A stretch of 52,439 nt of DNA from Acanthaster planci (lineage: Eukaryota): positions 344,851 to 397,289 of the forward strand of contig NW_019091356.1 in NCBI RefSeq assembly GCF_001949145.1. Reading direction: 5' to 3'. Below, in pieces: positions 1 to 13,839 of the stretch (position 1 is its first letter; each line of letters opens with the position of its first letter). Made by a program: the position numbers and the translations under genes. The notes under the pieces were generated by a model. That model was not told where the DNA came from, made no database searches, and saw only the letters and a program-made list of their open reading frames with translations.

Positions 1-86
1 AGAGCGAAAGGCTTTTTCGCATTCAAGGTCTCCTTTCCCGTCACTTTCGTCCCTCAAATCAAAAATATTAGATCTTCGAAACATCT

Positions 87-3000
87 ATGCCGACCAAGCT
101 TTTCCTGGGCGTTTCTCTTTTACTTGCCGTTCTGGGAGTTTTTCCAGGCATATTTGGGCAGGATGTAAGGGAAAAAACCTCTCTTGACAAGGATGACAAT
201 AGTACCAGAATCGCTCGTGAGTTCACGAACGGTTACAAGAAAGAGCGCAAAGTATGCGAGGGTAGCAACGGATGTCTGACATTTTTTGTTTTACTGTATA
301 TAAATCAAAACATAACATTCAGATACAAAAATAAATTACATGTTCACCGTTAGGTAGCCAGTCTGTAAAGCTAAGTAATGGCACCAAACATAAGCTAAAA
401 GAGGGTGGCAAATATACATGTACATTACAATACATGTATGCTTAAATTTTCAATCGCTGGGATCGATTTCACACAAGACTGAGTTGAAACAGTCTCAGAG
501 AGACATATATTAACGTTGGTCTGCATTCGAAAGGTTCGAACTGATCGAACCAAGGTCAAGGTCGCAGCTAATTCACGAGTCATGTGTCCTACCACGTGAC
601 ATAATGATTCCAAGGTACCTGTAATGGTATTGGCAAGTCAAAACAAAGGCTTCTCAAATTACTTGGAAGTATGAAGACATCTATCAACACATTGCCAGTT
701 TAGAATGACACAGCAGCGTGTGTACCTCAGGGCAATTCATCAACGCTATTACAGGACCAGGAACTAACGATTACAAGAGGGTTTGGGGACTGAAAAATTC
801 TCCCCTCGACTTGCCCTGCCGATATCTCCCTGCTTTTTAAGCTTGTTAGTGGCAATCTCCCTAGACAGACCTAGCCACCGGAGGGCGCGGTGTTGGCTGC
901 TCACCTCAGGGCTTGCAGCGGCAGTTGGAGCGAATTTCCCGTCGTGGTCGAGTTGTTTCATACTAAGGTCTCCACGTGGTGCGTCACGGGTGGACAAACA
1001 TATGGCAGAAACTATAGAAACGTCAATCAGATAACTTCCAGTCAGCAGTTGAAGCTGTCTTGGTCAAACTCGAAGCCTGAAGGGTCGGAACTAGCCAGTT
1101 ATGAAAAAGGATTTCACTTTTCAGTTAGCCAAGTTACACTTTTGTATAACCAGATTCAAAAACTTTAACTCTATTTAAAGTTGGTCTGTATTATGTTCTC
1201 AGAGTGTGATCTTGTATCATCTTATTGTCTTGAGATGATACACTATACTGCCAGAAATTTTCCATTCAGTACACAGTTTTATCAAAATCCAGTGTACATA
1301 ATCAATAAACCTTGTTTTCAATTCCTTCTTCTAATGCAGGGACCGACATGTAACAAGCCATGTCCGGTTTTATTCGAAGGTGGCCAATGTGTTTACGAGT
1401 GTGACTGTCCGTCGAGGAGATGTCATTATCCCGAAGGATCTTGTGCCTGCCCGCTCGGCTTCTCGGGATTCAAGTAAAATATTAGCAGAGAACTATAATT
1501 CTATCCAAATCCATAAATACATGCACACATAACCCAAGATCTGACGTTTACACAGATCTGTGCTATACATTTTACAGACGCAGTTATGACATCAATGCAT
1601 TTATCATTTGCAAGTATCTATCAACGAGGTATCAAAATTGTATGTATACTGATCGACATTGTCAGCAGGTTGCTATTTTCAAATGACATACTGTCTCCAC
1701 AGTTGCAGTGTGCCATGCCCATCTGGGTATTATGGACCTAACTGTCGCCTACAATGCCAGTGTGAAGTGAACGTCACGTGCTCACCAGAAACAGGATCTT
1801 GTATGAGACCACGTAGGTCCTACTGTCCAAATTATTTTCAGAATAATATAAAAATATTAAATAGCAGATAAAGTTTTTGATTGTAATCATGTTAACTTAA
1901 TAACCACGGGAAAATCTTACAGGAAAATGTAAAAGGGTGGTTTTAGTCCAACTTAACTTAATGGGGTGCAGTGAAGCAAGCATGATTCATACTGTGAGTG
2001 TCATACTGGACGGTATGACCTCAACTCATAAACACAGGGTCGTCATTTGACGAGACACTTAGTGCTGCTCATCACTAACAAAAAATTGACATTCTCAGCT
2101 TTCCTTTCTCCTCTAGTACGGAGAAAAGCAAAAGGCCCCTATGAGTTTGTGGTCGATAACTGCAACTTCCAAATAAAGATGACTTTCAGAGTGAATATCA
2201 CGGTGGATAAAGCCCTTAATAACAGTGTTTTACCTTGTAAGCTTTTGACCCGTTCACCTGTTTCTTTTTGATATTACGCCATGTCTAAGAGGTGGTTTTA
2301 CGAAGTGACTCTGCAATCTCAAAGCAACACACTATGGGCTAAACGACCGAATGGATTATAACATCCTTGAACATAAACCATTTAATTCCTTGGTCTTTGC
2401 TTTCGTTGCAAGTCATTTTGAGGCCACTGTTGGGAAACCTTTGGGAAAAGAGGCGTAGCCTATGTCACTCGTACAGCATTCGCTGCGGTTGATTTTCAGA
2501 TTTCAAGTACTTCGTGGATAAAAATTGTCATTTGAAATGTAAATACTGACTCAGTCATTGAAAAAGTACAATCGTTCAACCTCTAGGGACAATTTACTCC
2601 CAAACACAAGTATTCCTTACATGCAGAGGAATTGTTTAAGATTGATTTTTGAAGAGTTTTTGGGTGTTGTATGTCCTTCTAAACGACCTAACAAGGGTTA
2701 CTTTATCTTAATGTTTCATCAACAGCACTATTACATTCTAACTTCTTATCTCGATCATGACTTCCAGAGAACATATCGACCTTGCCAGATGATATACAAG
2801 TGAAGGTGCACATCTTTCGCATGGCTACCCTTACAGGTTGTGGTATCGCTGCTGTGGTCGCATTGGTTAGTGCGTCAGCATATGCTATTCAAAAGAGACG
2901 GACACGACGAGTCTTCAATGTCAGGTAAGAACCACAGTCGCTTGAAACGTGAAACTCCATAAAACTTCTCTTAGATTACAGCAGAAAATTACCTCGCTAG

Positions 3001-4390
3001 GTGGTTCATGTATTCACATTATGATTCTGTACTTTCTAATGTTGACATCTTTCAGTAACGTGATTACTTTCCTCATTTTTCAGGAAGAGAACAATGAGTA
3101 TGACGCCTATAGCTAACAGGACAGCCACCGACTGTGAAGGTAGAGGTATATATAGATTAGGAAAGAAAAAAGGGGGAAATCAGACATATTCGACTTTCAA
3201 AAGCCTGTTCCAGCAGTAATTCGGTCTTTCTAAAAGTTCCCAATGAATCAATATTTGCAAATAACACCAGTCCTGGTTTACATTTTTTTCATCCTTTACT
3301 AGAGATTCCAATTAAGTCATTGTCATCGTTTGGGGGTCGAGGCACGAGATACCAAGGTTATTTTGTCAAATTCCCAGGTAGATGTTCGACTGCCTCGTAC
3401 GTTGGGATGAAGGATTTACATGAACTTGCGGATCGACAAGAGGCTAATCCTGTCGCACCTGTCAGACCTATTTCCTGCTTATCAACGTCTACAACCTTCT
3501 CTATGGTTGAATCTTTATCAGAATTGGGGGACACGATTTACGAGGTTCGCGAGTCTAATGTTCTGGACGCGTTGAAGAAGCAGCCACCTAATCCAAGGTA
3601 CACCAACTACAGCGTGTTTTCTGTCGATGCAACACAACGGCTGGATCAGAGACTAAGCTCAATCAAGGATGGGTTTAGTATTGGTGGACTCAGTGATTCA
3701 GACGATGAGTTAGAATATAACTATCCCTACGCAGACTTTTCATTGAGGTTACCCGCGGCTGCCGAGATGACACGAGACAGCAGAGAACTTAGACCATGCT
3801 CCAGCAACACCGAGTACGTCGTAGTCCTTAATCAACACAAAAAAGTTGCCTGTTATACCCCAGCAGAGATCGAGCAAGGACTTCAGAGGGAAAGGCCAAC
3901 TGGAATAAGTTTCAGTACAGAAACAGTTCCAATGACTGCGCCCTCTGTTCCTAAACCCTTGCCAAGTCCTGAAGAAAGCTTATCAACTGACTCCAAAACA
4001 GGCCATTACCAAGTTCCTCGTTCTCCACCAATCCAACGCTTTGTAGATCCCAGCAATCAAAAGTTCGCGCGAGGTTACGTAACCTCAGTGAAGAAATCGT
4101 CGAGTCTCAAGAGAAGCTCTGATCATCGACGGACGAGGCGCCTTAAGTCAGCCATAGTCAAGTGTCCTCCCCCTCCACCCTATAGCCCACCTAAGGTTGA
4201 CAGGTTACCTCCACTCTATGTCAACAACCGCACCAATGCAGGGGGAGCAAGACACAAAGTATCGTTTAAGAAGAAAGCACCGCCGATACCAAAACCAAGA
4301 ACTCGCCATACAGGAGGAACGAACCCTGTCAAGTCTCAGGAAGCCGAAAAAACATCCATGGAAACGACAGGGATGGAACGATTTATTTAG
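87..4390 (+). CDS. Single-pass type I membrane protein with two MEGF/SCARF/Draper-type EGF-like repeats and a long Tyr/Pro-rich cytoplasmic tail (~540 aa, 6 coding exons)
   Basis: Exons 87-164, 1340-1473, 1703-1812, 2768-2924, 3084-3139 and 3303-4390 join in frame via GT-AG introns (1623 nt). They encode a signal peptide (MPTKLFLGVSLLLAVLGVFPGIFG), Cys-rich repeats (CNKPCP..CVYECDC..CHYPEGSCACPLGFSG; CSVPCPSGYYGPNCRLQCQC..CSPETGSC) and a hydrophobic helix (LTGCGIAAVVALVSASAYAI) followed by the basic stop-transfer KRRTRR. Confidence 0.85.
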
Positions 4391-5641
4391 CACAATTTAC
4401 AGAACATGTGTCACGCACAAAAAATGTAAATAGGTAGAAAGAACCACGAGATTTTTAAGGACAAACACGTCTGTAAATACGGGAACGATGACATTTGTTG
4501 CAAATTGATTCCTTCATTAGTTTTGACATGCTATTTCACTGTAATTAGTACAACCATTATCCTATTATCATATTTTGTATTACATGCAAAGTCGAACCTT
4601 GTTAAAAGACAACTTAATACAACATTCTACTTAAAAGAGAATGTTAGGTTCAAATGCTTCATCTTTTATTGTTTTCATTTCTCATCTGACAAGGTTCTGT
4701 TACAAGGTACTCTGCAAAGCCACAAGACCTCTTGTTAAAGACGTTTGAAGGTATCTCACAACGCATCGATGTTTATCTTCGAAGAATTATTCTCTGACCA
4801 GATCAACATAAAGTGGATTTCGGTTTAAATGTTGGCATGTGGCTACATCTTCAACCTCTTGCAGAGCAAATACTAATCACAGGCTGAACATATACTTCCA
4901 ACTGAAGTAATAAGTCTTGATGTAATTTCGTCTTCTTAGTTCAAGGATTGCAAGTAACAAGAAAATACTTTTCTTTATTCAAATAGACGACTTTAGAACT
5001 TATAAATGACAAATGTGTGTGGTATTCAACAGTTTTTATTAATAAAAATTTTACAAGCCATTCAAAACCCCCTTTTCCTTCGTTTCTCCTATAAATCCAA
5101 TCACTGACAAACAAGGAATGAGTCAATGTAAATTCAAAAAATCTTTTTGACTTGTTTCTTACACCGATTTAATGACTTTTGAGCCCATCTTTGACAACCT
5201 AACCGTATTAAATTATTAAAATTGGATGACTGAGTAGCTCAAGTGTTGATTATACAAAAGGAGGGCAGACTAAAACATTGGTACATTCCATGCAACTGAT
5301 CTTGAAGAAGGAATTCCTGTACGTATGAAGTCTGTAAAGACAACAAATAATACGCCAAATAAATACATGTATATCCTTTAAATAGACTTTGTTACAAAGA
5401 AAAAGGAGTACATGAACATGGAGTTGTAATAAACCTTTTATCCGTCTTTTATTTGCCCCTATTCACATGAATATAATGTCACTGTTCCAAACACCTCTAC
5501 CAACCCCAAAAAATCAAAGATATGTTATTCTCTCAGTTTCTTTCCAGAAAACTTTTTCAAAGTAACTTTTTTAATTAAGCCCAAACAAGTTTGAACGAGG
5601 CCATTGGTACCATCAGCATTTATCCCATCTCTGGGTTTCTC

Positions 5642-8600
5642 TCAAGTCCACACATCCTCCAAGTAACGCTTCTCTTCACGTAATGTTGCTAGGAGACACG
5701 CTGCTTCATAAGCACTCCTCCCTGTCTCCTGCATGAAGATGTCACTCCATGTGGCAGTCACATTCTTAGCCATGTTCTTGGCATCACTGATAAGGACAGA
5801 AACAAAACAGGTTTTGATGAGGAAATAATACGCAGGATAGAGAAAGGTACAAGTGGTTTTCATGCACACTGGAGGAGTTTGGAGGATTTAAGAAGCTTCC
5901 TTGCAAAAATCCCTGGGAAGTTTGAATGAATGGGGATTGATTTCTGAGAGAAGCACTTACCCACAAACGTAAATCACTGCCTTGTCCTCTAGAATCAGTT
6001 GACTGAGTTCAGTAGCATGTTTCCTCATGTTATCCTGAACATAGCGAGGGACATCAGGTACATTCCTTGCTCCTGCAATCTCACTGGTCACTGATTGGAT
6101 CAGATCACGTGAGAAGGACAAGCAGAGTTTGGACAAGATACCAGAGGACAGATGACCCTCAATAACCTCCCTGTTGAGAAATAATGACCACTTGGCTTCA
6201 TCTGATATTTAGCATGAGAGTATTAGGCATTAACAAAGTTCAATAACATAAAAGTCTCATCCTTGAGGGCAAAAGTTACGCATTTCCCTGACAAAAAAGT
6301 TTTAAGTGCATTTGTTAACCGTTAAACAGGAATCTATGTGAGGGTTGAAGTCCTAGAGGTTCCTTTGACATGTTCAAAAAAGTTTCCAGGGAACTCAAGT
6401 TACATTCAGGTATCACTAACCTGTACAAGAAATCTCTATCCCGATGTCGACAACCAAATAATAGCCAAGCTGGACCAAGACACACTCCTGTCTGCTGCAT
6501 ACAAGCCCTATGCTGTAAAAATCCTATAAAAGGAGCCACACCTGTGCCTGGTCCAATCATTATAATGGGCGTGGTTGGGTCAGCTGGGAGGTGGAAATGC
6601 TGATTGGTGCGTTCAAAAATGGGTATCTAAAAAAAGGGAAACAAAAATGTTACAACTCAAAACAAAAGCAAACTGGAAATGAAGTCCACTCTCGCAAAGA
6701 ATTGATGTGATCAGTACACTGTACTTCCATCCCAAAGAAATACATTGTATGACTAACCCTTATCTCTGGATGAATATCAAGTTGCAACATCTGACTATGC
6801 AATGAATCATCTGAATAGTGTTGGATTTTGGTCAAGTGATTAAGCCATCCTGTGCAAACTCCTTCACGTTGCTTGTTCCTCCCTTGCTCTTCAGAAAAGA
6901 CCACAATGTTGAAGACAAAATGCAACTTGTTGGAATCCACTAACGGGGAGCTGTAACAAGAATGGCAAATGACGGTTATCTTTTAATACTAATTCTAGTG
7001 ATCCCTTCCTACTCATTCCTCCCATGCAGACTTGTAAATATCCAGAACACACTCATGTTCACTTCTGCCATTAGCTCTGCCAGATATTTTCCATTTACAC
7101 AATGTCTATGGCCACAATTTGACCTTCAAACACATGACTACTCAAGCCCAACGTCACAGAGCAACTCAGCAGAAAATTTTGCTCAGTAAATCTTTGTGCT
7201 GGCCAAAATAAACCAGTCATGATTGGTTTGCCGGTTTGTCACGATTCTCTTTTAACAGAGCAGCTCTATGAAATTAGCCCTTGGTTTGAGCACAGAGTAT
7301 ACAAAACAAATTTTCAACTGGATATGCACAAAGGTGCAGCATCTTTGCATGAAAGGAATGCATTAAATGAGAGCTGTCCACTACTTACCTTGATATTGAA
7401 TAAGGTCTAGGCTGTAACCTAGGCAGGTGCTCAAACAGTTGACTCAGAGGAGGACTGCACGATGGGAAAGCTGTTAGGATATCCAATAGCGACAGGTGAG
7501 GATCTCGTATGAAGGCACCATAGTCCCCTGCACCTTGTTTACTACACAGTTCCTGCAGTCGACGTTTCTCAGACTCATCACTTGTGTGGTCTATAAGGAC
7601 TCTCAAGAATGCCTGGAGATTAAGTCAAGATTGTCAGATCTGAAAAAAGCTTTGCAATGAATTGGACAAATGTACATTCTACTGATTATATAAATGTTTT
7701 ATCCCTAAAACCAACAAGTACTTATGCATACATGCTTGTATTTTCTACGGCACACCATATTCCTTACTAAAGAAAAACATGACACATCGTCAAAAATTCT
7801 TCCAGACTATTCTGTTTAGTATGTTAAATGTAAACAACATTTGAATGTCCACGTTCATTCTATGGGTATCTCAAGATGACAAAGAAATATGGAGTTAGTT
7901 TTGCAATCTACCTTCTTTGGTGGACTCCTTATATCACAGCAATGCAGAAAGGCATGCCTTAAGGAGCAGAGGGGTGTGGGTATATACTCTGGTATTGCAG
8001 CACGTCTCTTCTTAGTTCCACTTAGCACCTGCAGACTCAATGGGCAGTCTGCCTTGTCTGCAAGGCCGAGCCTTTGTATGAGGTTACTGACCTCTTTACT
8101 ATCGTTAGGACAGATAATGCTGAAGGAATCTCCCGGTTGGTACTGAATTCCACTCTCCTGAACATAATTTTAAGTATCAGAGTTGAAATTAAGAATGAAA
8201 TTTGATGACATACAAGATTATTTCATTTTTCAATGGCCAGGGGATATATGTATCTACATATTCTAACATTTCAACATATTCCTTGAGAGATTCACATTTC
8301 AACTTGGGAGAGAAACTTACAGAAATATCTAGTTCCAGGTCAAGCGCTGTCTTGACAGCATCTTCTCTGGTCAGCCTAGTAGCAGAGACAAACTTTACCA
8401 TGGTAACAGAGGAAGCAGCAGATGGCATGGGTGCTCCACCTTGAAGAGGAAGATCATCTGTGTTCTATAATAAACAAATGTTGGAAACAAGGTATTCATG
8501 GGGTGTAGTATTTTCTCCAACAACATAAAGAAGATGATGAGCACAGATTGAATACCACTGATGAATGGGATGAAAGCAGCATCTTACCAAGGTCTGTTCA

Positions 8601-11472
8601 GTATGGAACTCCACTTCAAGGAATGCAGGTGAAGCAACAGGCAGTGTAAGACCACTTTCAGATAAGGGTGGGATAGACCTAGTCAGTGAGGCACAGCTTT
8701 CTGTGTTAGAGGAAGATCCTGATATACCGATTGGCTCATCGCTGTTTTTAGCAGGTGTATCTTCACCACCTGTTCTTTTAAGCACTACATTCTGTTGAGT
8801 GGCATCATCAGACCCAGACAGTGAAGTAGTGGGCTCTTTCTTTGATGATGGGGAGTTACTGAATTGGTTTATGACTGAAGCTATAGTGCCAGACGCTGTG
8901 CCATTCGCATCATTTTTAATACTCATTTCCTCTGCAATACCAGGAGTTTTGGAAGGTCTTGATGACGCTGGAAAACCTTGATTACTTGTCCTTTCCTTGG
9001 CAGAACTGTTTTCGGCATTTTCTGAAGTTCTTGATTCAGATTTAAGAGCAGAAGATACTTCCTCACCCTTCACTTCAGTGGGGGACTGGACATTCTCCAT
9101 CAGGTTTGAGGATCTATCACTAGAATCAACAATTTCATTTCTAACTTTCATTCCCTGGTTTGAGTCACAGGTACCATCAGTTGCTATAACTGAGGTGTCA
9201 GTTTGACTCTCAGAGACACAGTCTATGCCAAGATGCTTTCTAAGGGCTGGATATAGTCCTTCAATCCAGGGTTCTGCAACAATTTCTAAGCTGCAAAAGA
9301 TCAGAGGAAGAGTCAACTACTTCTAAGATCAATAAAACTCAGCAATTAATTCAGTGCAGAGATGTGCTTTTGACTTATTAAGCTGATCTGGGAAATTAAT
9401 GATGACTTCTAAGAAGAAATAACAAGTTGGTAGTAACATTTTAAAAACAATGAACCCAAGTAGCTGGCACGCAGTAACTATGAGTAACACCTGTTCCTAA
9501 AGCAAGCATGTTTTGAATTGAAGGAAAGATAACAATCTGAAAACAAAGGCATTACCATAGGGAATCAAAATTCTAATGTTAAGTAATTGCCTTGACAACT
9601 CTCACCACTTCATGGGATGTGGGATTACAATTGGTTATTCCCCTGTGATTTCAATGCAAACTGGACCAGCAGAAGGCCCTAGCAGAACTCACCCGGTCGC
9701 ATCATCAGCAAAGCCAGATGGATAAAAGCGGCTTGCTCCAAGCTCTTCAAGTCTTTGGTCAAAATTTTTGCCATTGCGACAGAAATTAGTGTAGTTGGAG
9801 TCTCCAAGACCTGAATAGACAGCACGCATGCATGGACAAATAGATTACATGTATGACACAATCACACAGAATCAGGACTGTTAAAAAAACTAATTTTGCC
9901 CATTGGATGATTGGAAGACAGGAGTCAAGAAGTTGTTAATAACTTAAGTTTCTATCCTTGCCCTTGCAGCATTGTATCCTTGAGAATCCTTGTACATGTA
10001 GTTCTTGAAGAGCCTCTTCAACCAACAACTTCTGCCACACACATTCTAAGTCTAAGAGTATACAGTAACATTTTCAAATCAGCCATCAGAAAACTTTACA
10101 GCATTCAGACTGTGCAGAAACTAGCACCTATAAGGAACGTACCCAGCAGAGTAAAATGAACTCCAGCAAGGTGATCACTAGGTAATGTTTTCTTTTTGAT
10201 GCGACGCCAGAACTTCTGTGCAGTATCTGGTGGCTCACCATCTCCTGTTGTAGAAACGACTATCACAATGCATGTCTCTTTTTCGATGCTGAACTGCAAA
10301 AAGCATCATGAAGAAGACGTGCTTTAAACACTTACATGTATGTTTCATTTTCCAAGCATTATTCACTGCTCAAAGAATATTCATTCTAAATGTTTTACAC
10401 ATCTGTGTATATTATATATTACGGACCATTAAGACTTTTCTCTACAAGCACTCTTTGGCAAACCTACATGTACCATTGGCCTTTTGTTCATAAACAAAAA
10501 GAAACATTCTCCTTGAACTGGTAGTATGGTAGTTCACCTACAAACATTTAGACTATGTTGTCGATAAAATTCAATTCTGCTTATAGCTAACAAAAAGGCT
10601 TTTTAAATCACTGATTGATTGCATGCATGGATTTCATTAATTTTCACCAGACTTCCTGTTGGACTTTTTCATCCATGTCGTTATGGAAACTTACCCCGAC
10701 TCCTTGTACACATTTCTTTACACAAATCTTGGATGCATTCCCACTTGGACTTGGTTACAAGGGCGAAATGTTAACTTTCCTGTGTGGTTAGCTAAATGCG
10801 GCATAGCGCAGATGTCTAAATTGTATATTCACGCGCTAGCTACCATGCTGTTTGAGTGGTTACATTACACAACAGGAATTTTTATAATTTCCTTACTGCT
10901 ACAAAAAAGTTTTACCAACACAAAACTAGATCATGCTTCTAAACATTTTGATTAAATCTTCTATAACACCTGTGAGGCAAATGTGCAGAAATGTGCACAG
11001 GGCCATCATAAAAAATAGCAATGTGAGCATATACCTGTACATATCAATACACACAAAGGAGTCAGGAAACCATTCTTCACACAAGGAATTTTAGATTGTA
11101 CTCTTGGAAGTTTTACAGCAAGGTGCCATTCCCATCCGATTAATCAGGGATTCTGTAAAACTATCTCAGTTCAGCAAAACCCTCTGTGCCCATTTTCAAC
11201 TGAGAATCGTAAAACTTGCAGGAATATCAATTCTATGGGTCTTCCAACTGGACTTAATTGTAATTCAGCCTTTGTGGTACAATGTATATCAAATACGTTC
11301 GATGGGAACATGGATTTCATTTTACCTTCTTGTCAGTCATACTGAAGCAGTGCATCTCTGGCTCCAATCCATGATTTGGTGACATCTCAAAGATTTCTTC
11401 AGCTATGGCCTTGGCCTGGCCGGTCTGAGAGCCATATACGAGGAGAAACCGCCCTTGATTTCCTTTCGTCAT
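5642..11472 (-). CDS. MTRR: Methionine synthase reductase (diflavin FMN/FAD/NADPH reductase, ~828 aa, 11 coding exons)
   Basis: Exons (minus) 11472-11326, 10293-10143, 9810-9693, 9290-8588, 8464-8321, 8157-7912, 7612-7389, 6950-6758, 6626-6421, 6170-5961, 5786-5642; all phases consistent (2487 nt). Motifs: [115 protein letters not shown] and C-terminal RYLEDVWT. There is no N-terminal membrane anchor (unlike POR). Confidence 0.95.
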
Positions 11473-12347
11473 TGTATCAAAATCCACAATCTGAGATAAA
11501 AGTTGTGAAATAATTTAACAGGAATTACGCTTGCTTTATCTAACATATCAAGTGACCTTTGGTTCAGTTCTTAACATTATTGGTATTTCCAGGTAATTTC
11601 TTAGTGTCATTCATTGCTACCTGGCTTCACACGTACATGTAAATCACCTGCACATCCAGTAGGCCTAAGAACCTGCCTATCACGCTCATCTATCAAAATA
11701 AACCCTTTCGGTGTTTGAAATACATTATGTGGCTTGGATTGCAAACAAGAAATATATTTTATGCATTAACCTATGGGGGAAATGAACTAGTGAACCAGTT
11801 TTACAATTATCTTCAGAATATTTTTAAAGTACATGTATCTGCTTACCACCTCACAGAAGCATGCATAGTATACAAGGAAGATTTTCCAAATAACAATTTT
11901 TGAAATGTTTGTAAGAAGAAAAATCACCTTCAATTATCTTTTTTTTTAAGGGCACCAGTCATTCTAGGCTGAAAATAACATGATTGGTCAATGTGGGATG
12001 AATGAGCTACAAGTCATGATTTTCAGAGGCCATACTTGGGCATTAATATTCACAATCTTAGTCAAAGCACGGTCCATGATAAAAATGCAACACTCTGTGA
12101 GAAGAGGATGGCTTGAATTGGAATATGTAATAAAATGGAAGCAGATTAATGTTTTCCGGGTACACCTCCCATTGGATTGCACTTAAAATGGATTGCTTGT
12201 TTGTCAACCAAACCCATAATGCATTGCAACGCCTCAATGAGAGCTGGGTTTCGAGATAAAAGTAGAGAATTTCTGCACTGATATGCTCTCACTTTGAAAA
12301 AATGGATAACGATAGCTCTTTCCTCCAGTCTAGTCCATCATGTGGTC

Positions 12348-12513
12348 TAGTGTAGTAGTTGTTGACACTGGTCTTGGTCTCGAGGCCAGTTTGAACGTGG
12401 TCTTGGTCTTGAACATGCTGGTCTTGGCCTCCGATCACTGGTCTCAGTCTTGGTCTCGAGTCATTGGTCTCGGTCTTGATCTCGCGCCTTTCGGCCAAGA
12501 ACAGTACAAGACC
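12348..12513. mobile_element. hAT-like DNA transposon terminal fragment (GGTCTY subterminal repeat array)
   Basis: About nine exact GGTCTT/GGTCTC units within ~130 bp (e.g. ggtcttggtctcgag), starting with a TAGTG end. This resembles subterminal arrays of animal hAT elements. No partner end or target-site duplication (TSD) found. Confidence 0.55.
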
Positions 12514-13295
12514 AATTTAAACATACACTTTGCATCGTTTCACACCTGATTAGTGATGAATTTTTATTGTTTGTAGGTCTACGAAAAACTTGAATAGAGA
12601 CCCTGCAAGACGTGTGTACAGCCATTAAGGGCTGTGGCTATGGCTGGCAGTCACATGCCATGCACAAACTTCACCCTTTGCACGAGCTTTGTGTGCACCC
12701 AAAATTACTACTTGCGCAGCCAAAGTCTAAAGCTTTCACACTCGTAGTTTACAGATGCAAAGTTGAACCTTGCACCAGGAAGAAGTTAGTGTGTGACAGC
12801 CCCCAAAATAATTGTCACTGGTTACCAGTTGTAAAAAGATATTCGATTTGTTGTCGTCAGGGTACCTGTGAACCCGTAGTAACATTGCGTGGTCTGGTAA
12901 CTAGACACGTATTTATCCACTGTTTGTTGATTTCAAACTTGACAAACAATACATCATTCCATGATAGCATTTTTTGGCAAAACGCATAAACATAAGAGTG
13001 CCTTTGCCTTGGTGGTGAGTAAGTTTGTTAACATGGTTGATGTCACAACATTCACTGGTCAAAACGTAAACACATCACTGAAGAATGCAAACTGCAAAGT
13101 ACATGTACATGTAGCAACAAAAACAATGCTCAATTCCAGGACCATTCTGTCAAATTAACGCATACATGTAGTTCTGTGGTTTATAGCCCATCTTCACAGT
13201 TTTATGACAATGTACAGAGATGGTAGGCCTATGACTATGACTTGACATGCTTGAGCATGAGTGAGATCATGAGGTCGAGGAATTTTGGGTTTCAC

Positions 13296-13839
13296 CTTTC
13301 CAAATGGTTCAACATTTTCTTTAAATAACACAAGTTGACCCAACCGACCAAACTGTTCCATGAAGGAAGGGAAAGCCTTTTAAAACAACGCCAACTTTCG
13401 CTGAAACTTACGCTTTAATCGAAAACAGAACACAGCCCTAAGAAGAGCCAATTTCGAAGTGTGTCGCAAAAACCACAGAGACGTCATGAACGTGTCACTT
13501 TCACGAAACCACGGAACGCCGCGTTAAATGCATGCTACGCATCTCAACAAAAGTAGGCTTGGGCAATAATTACGTAATAAATATCACCTTATATAATTAG
13601 TTTGAAAATTTCTTTAAAAGGAATAATGAAAAATTGATACTAAATGTAAAAACGTAATTATAGGTCATTTTGAATTGGAAATATTCTTATTTTTGGTAAA
13701 TTGATATTACATTTTCAATATAATTTAACAAGCCTAAATATGTCTGCGCCCTGTGGAGTGAAATGTTGGTGATTTTGAGGGCACCTAATTTTTCTTAGAT
13801 CTGCATTGCCAGTTTGTTTGAAGTTTAAAATACCCAACA
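13296..13839. promoter_or_regulatory. Probable divergent promoter / first-exon region shared by MTRR (-) and FMC1 (+)
   Basis: The MTRR start exon has an acceptor 18 nt upstream of its ATG (exon begins 11490), so a non-coding first exon must lie further right. A minus-strand donor (AAG|GTGAAA) sits at 13296/13295. The region is locally CpG-enriched near 13400-13545, and the FMC1 ATG is at 13840. Confidence 0.45.

Noticed and set aside
764..1168. Overlapping 77-92 aa ORFs in a GC-richer patch of the first intron
   Set aside because: No recognisable domain or compatible splice sites; consistent with chance ORFs.
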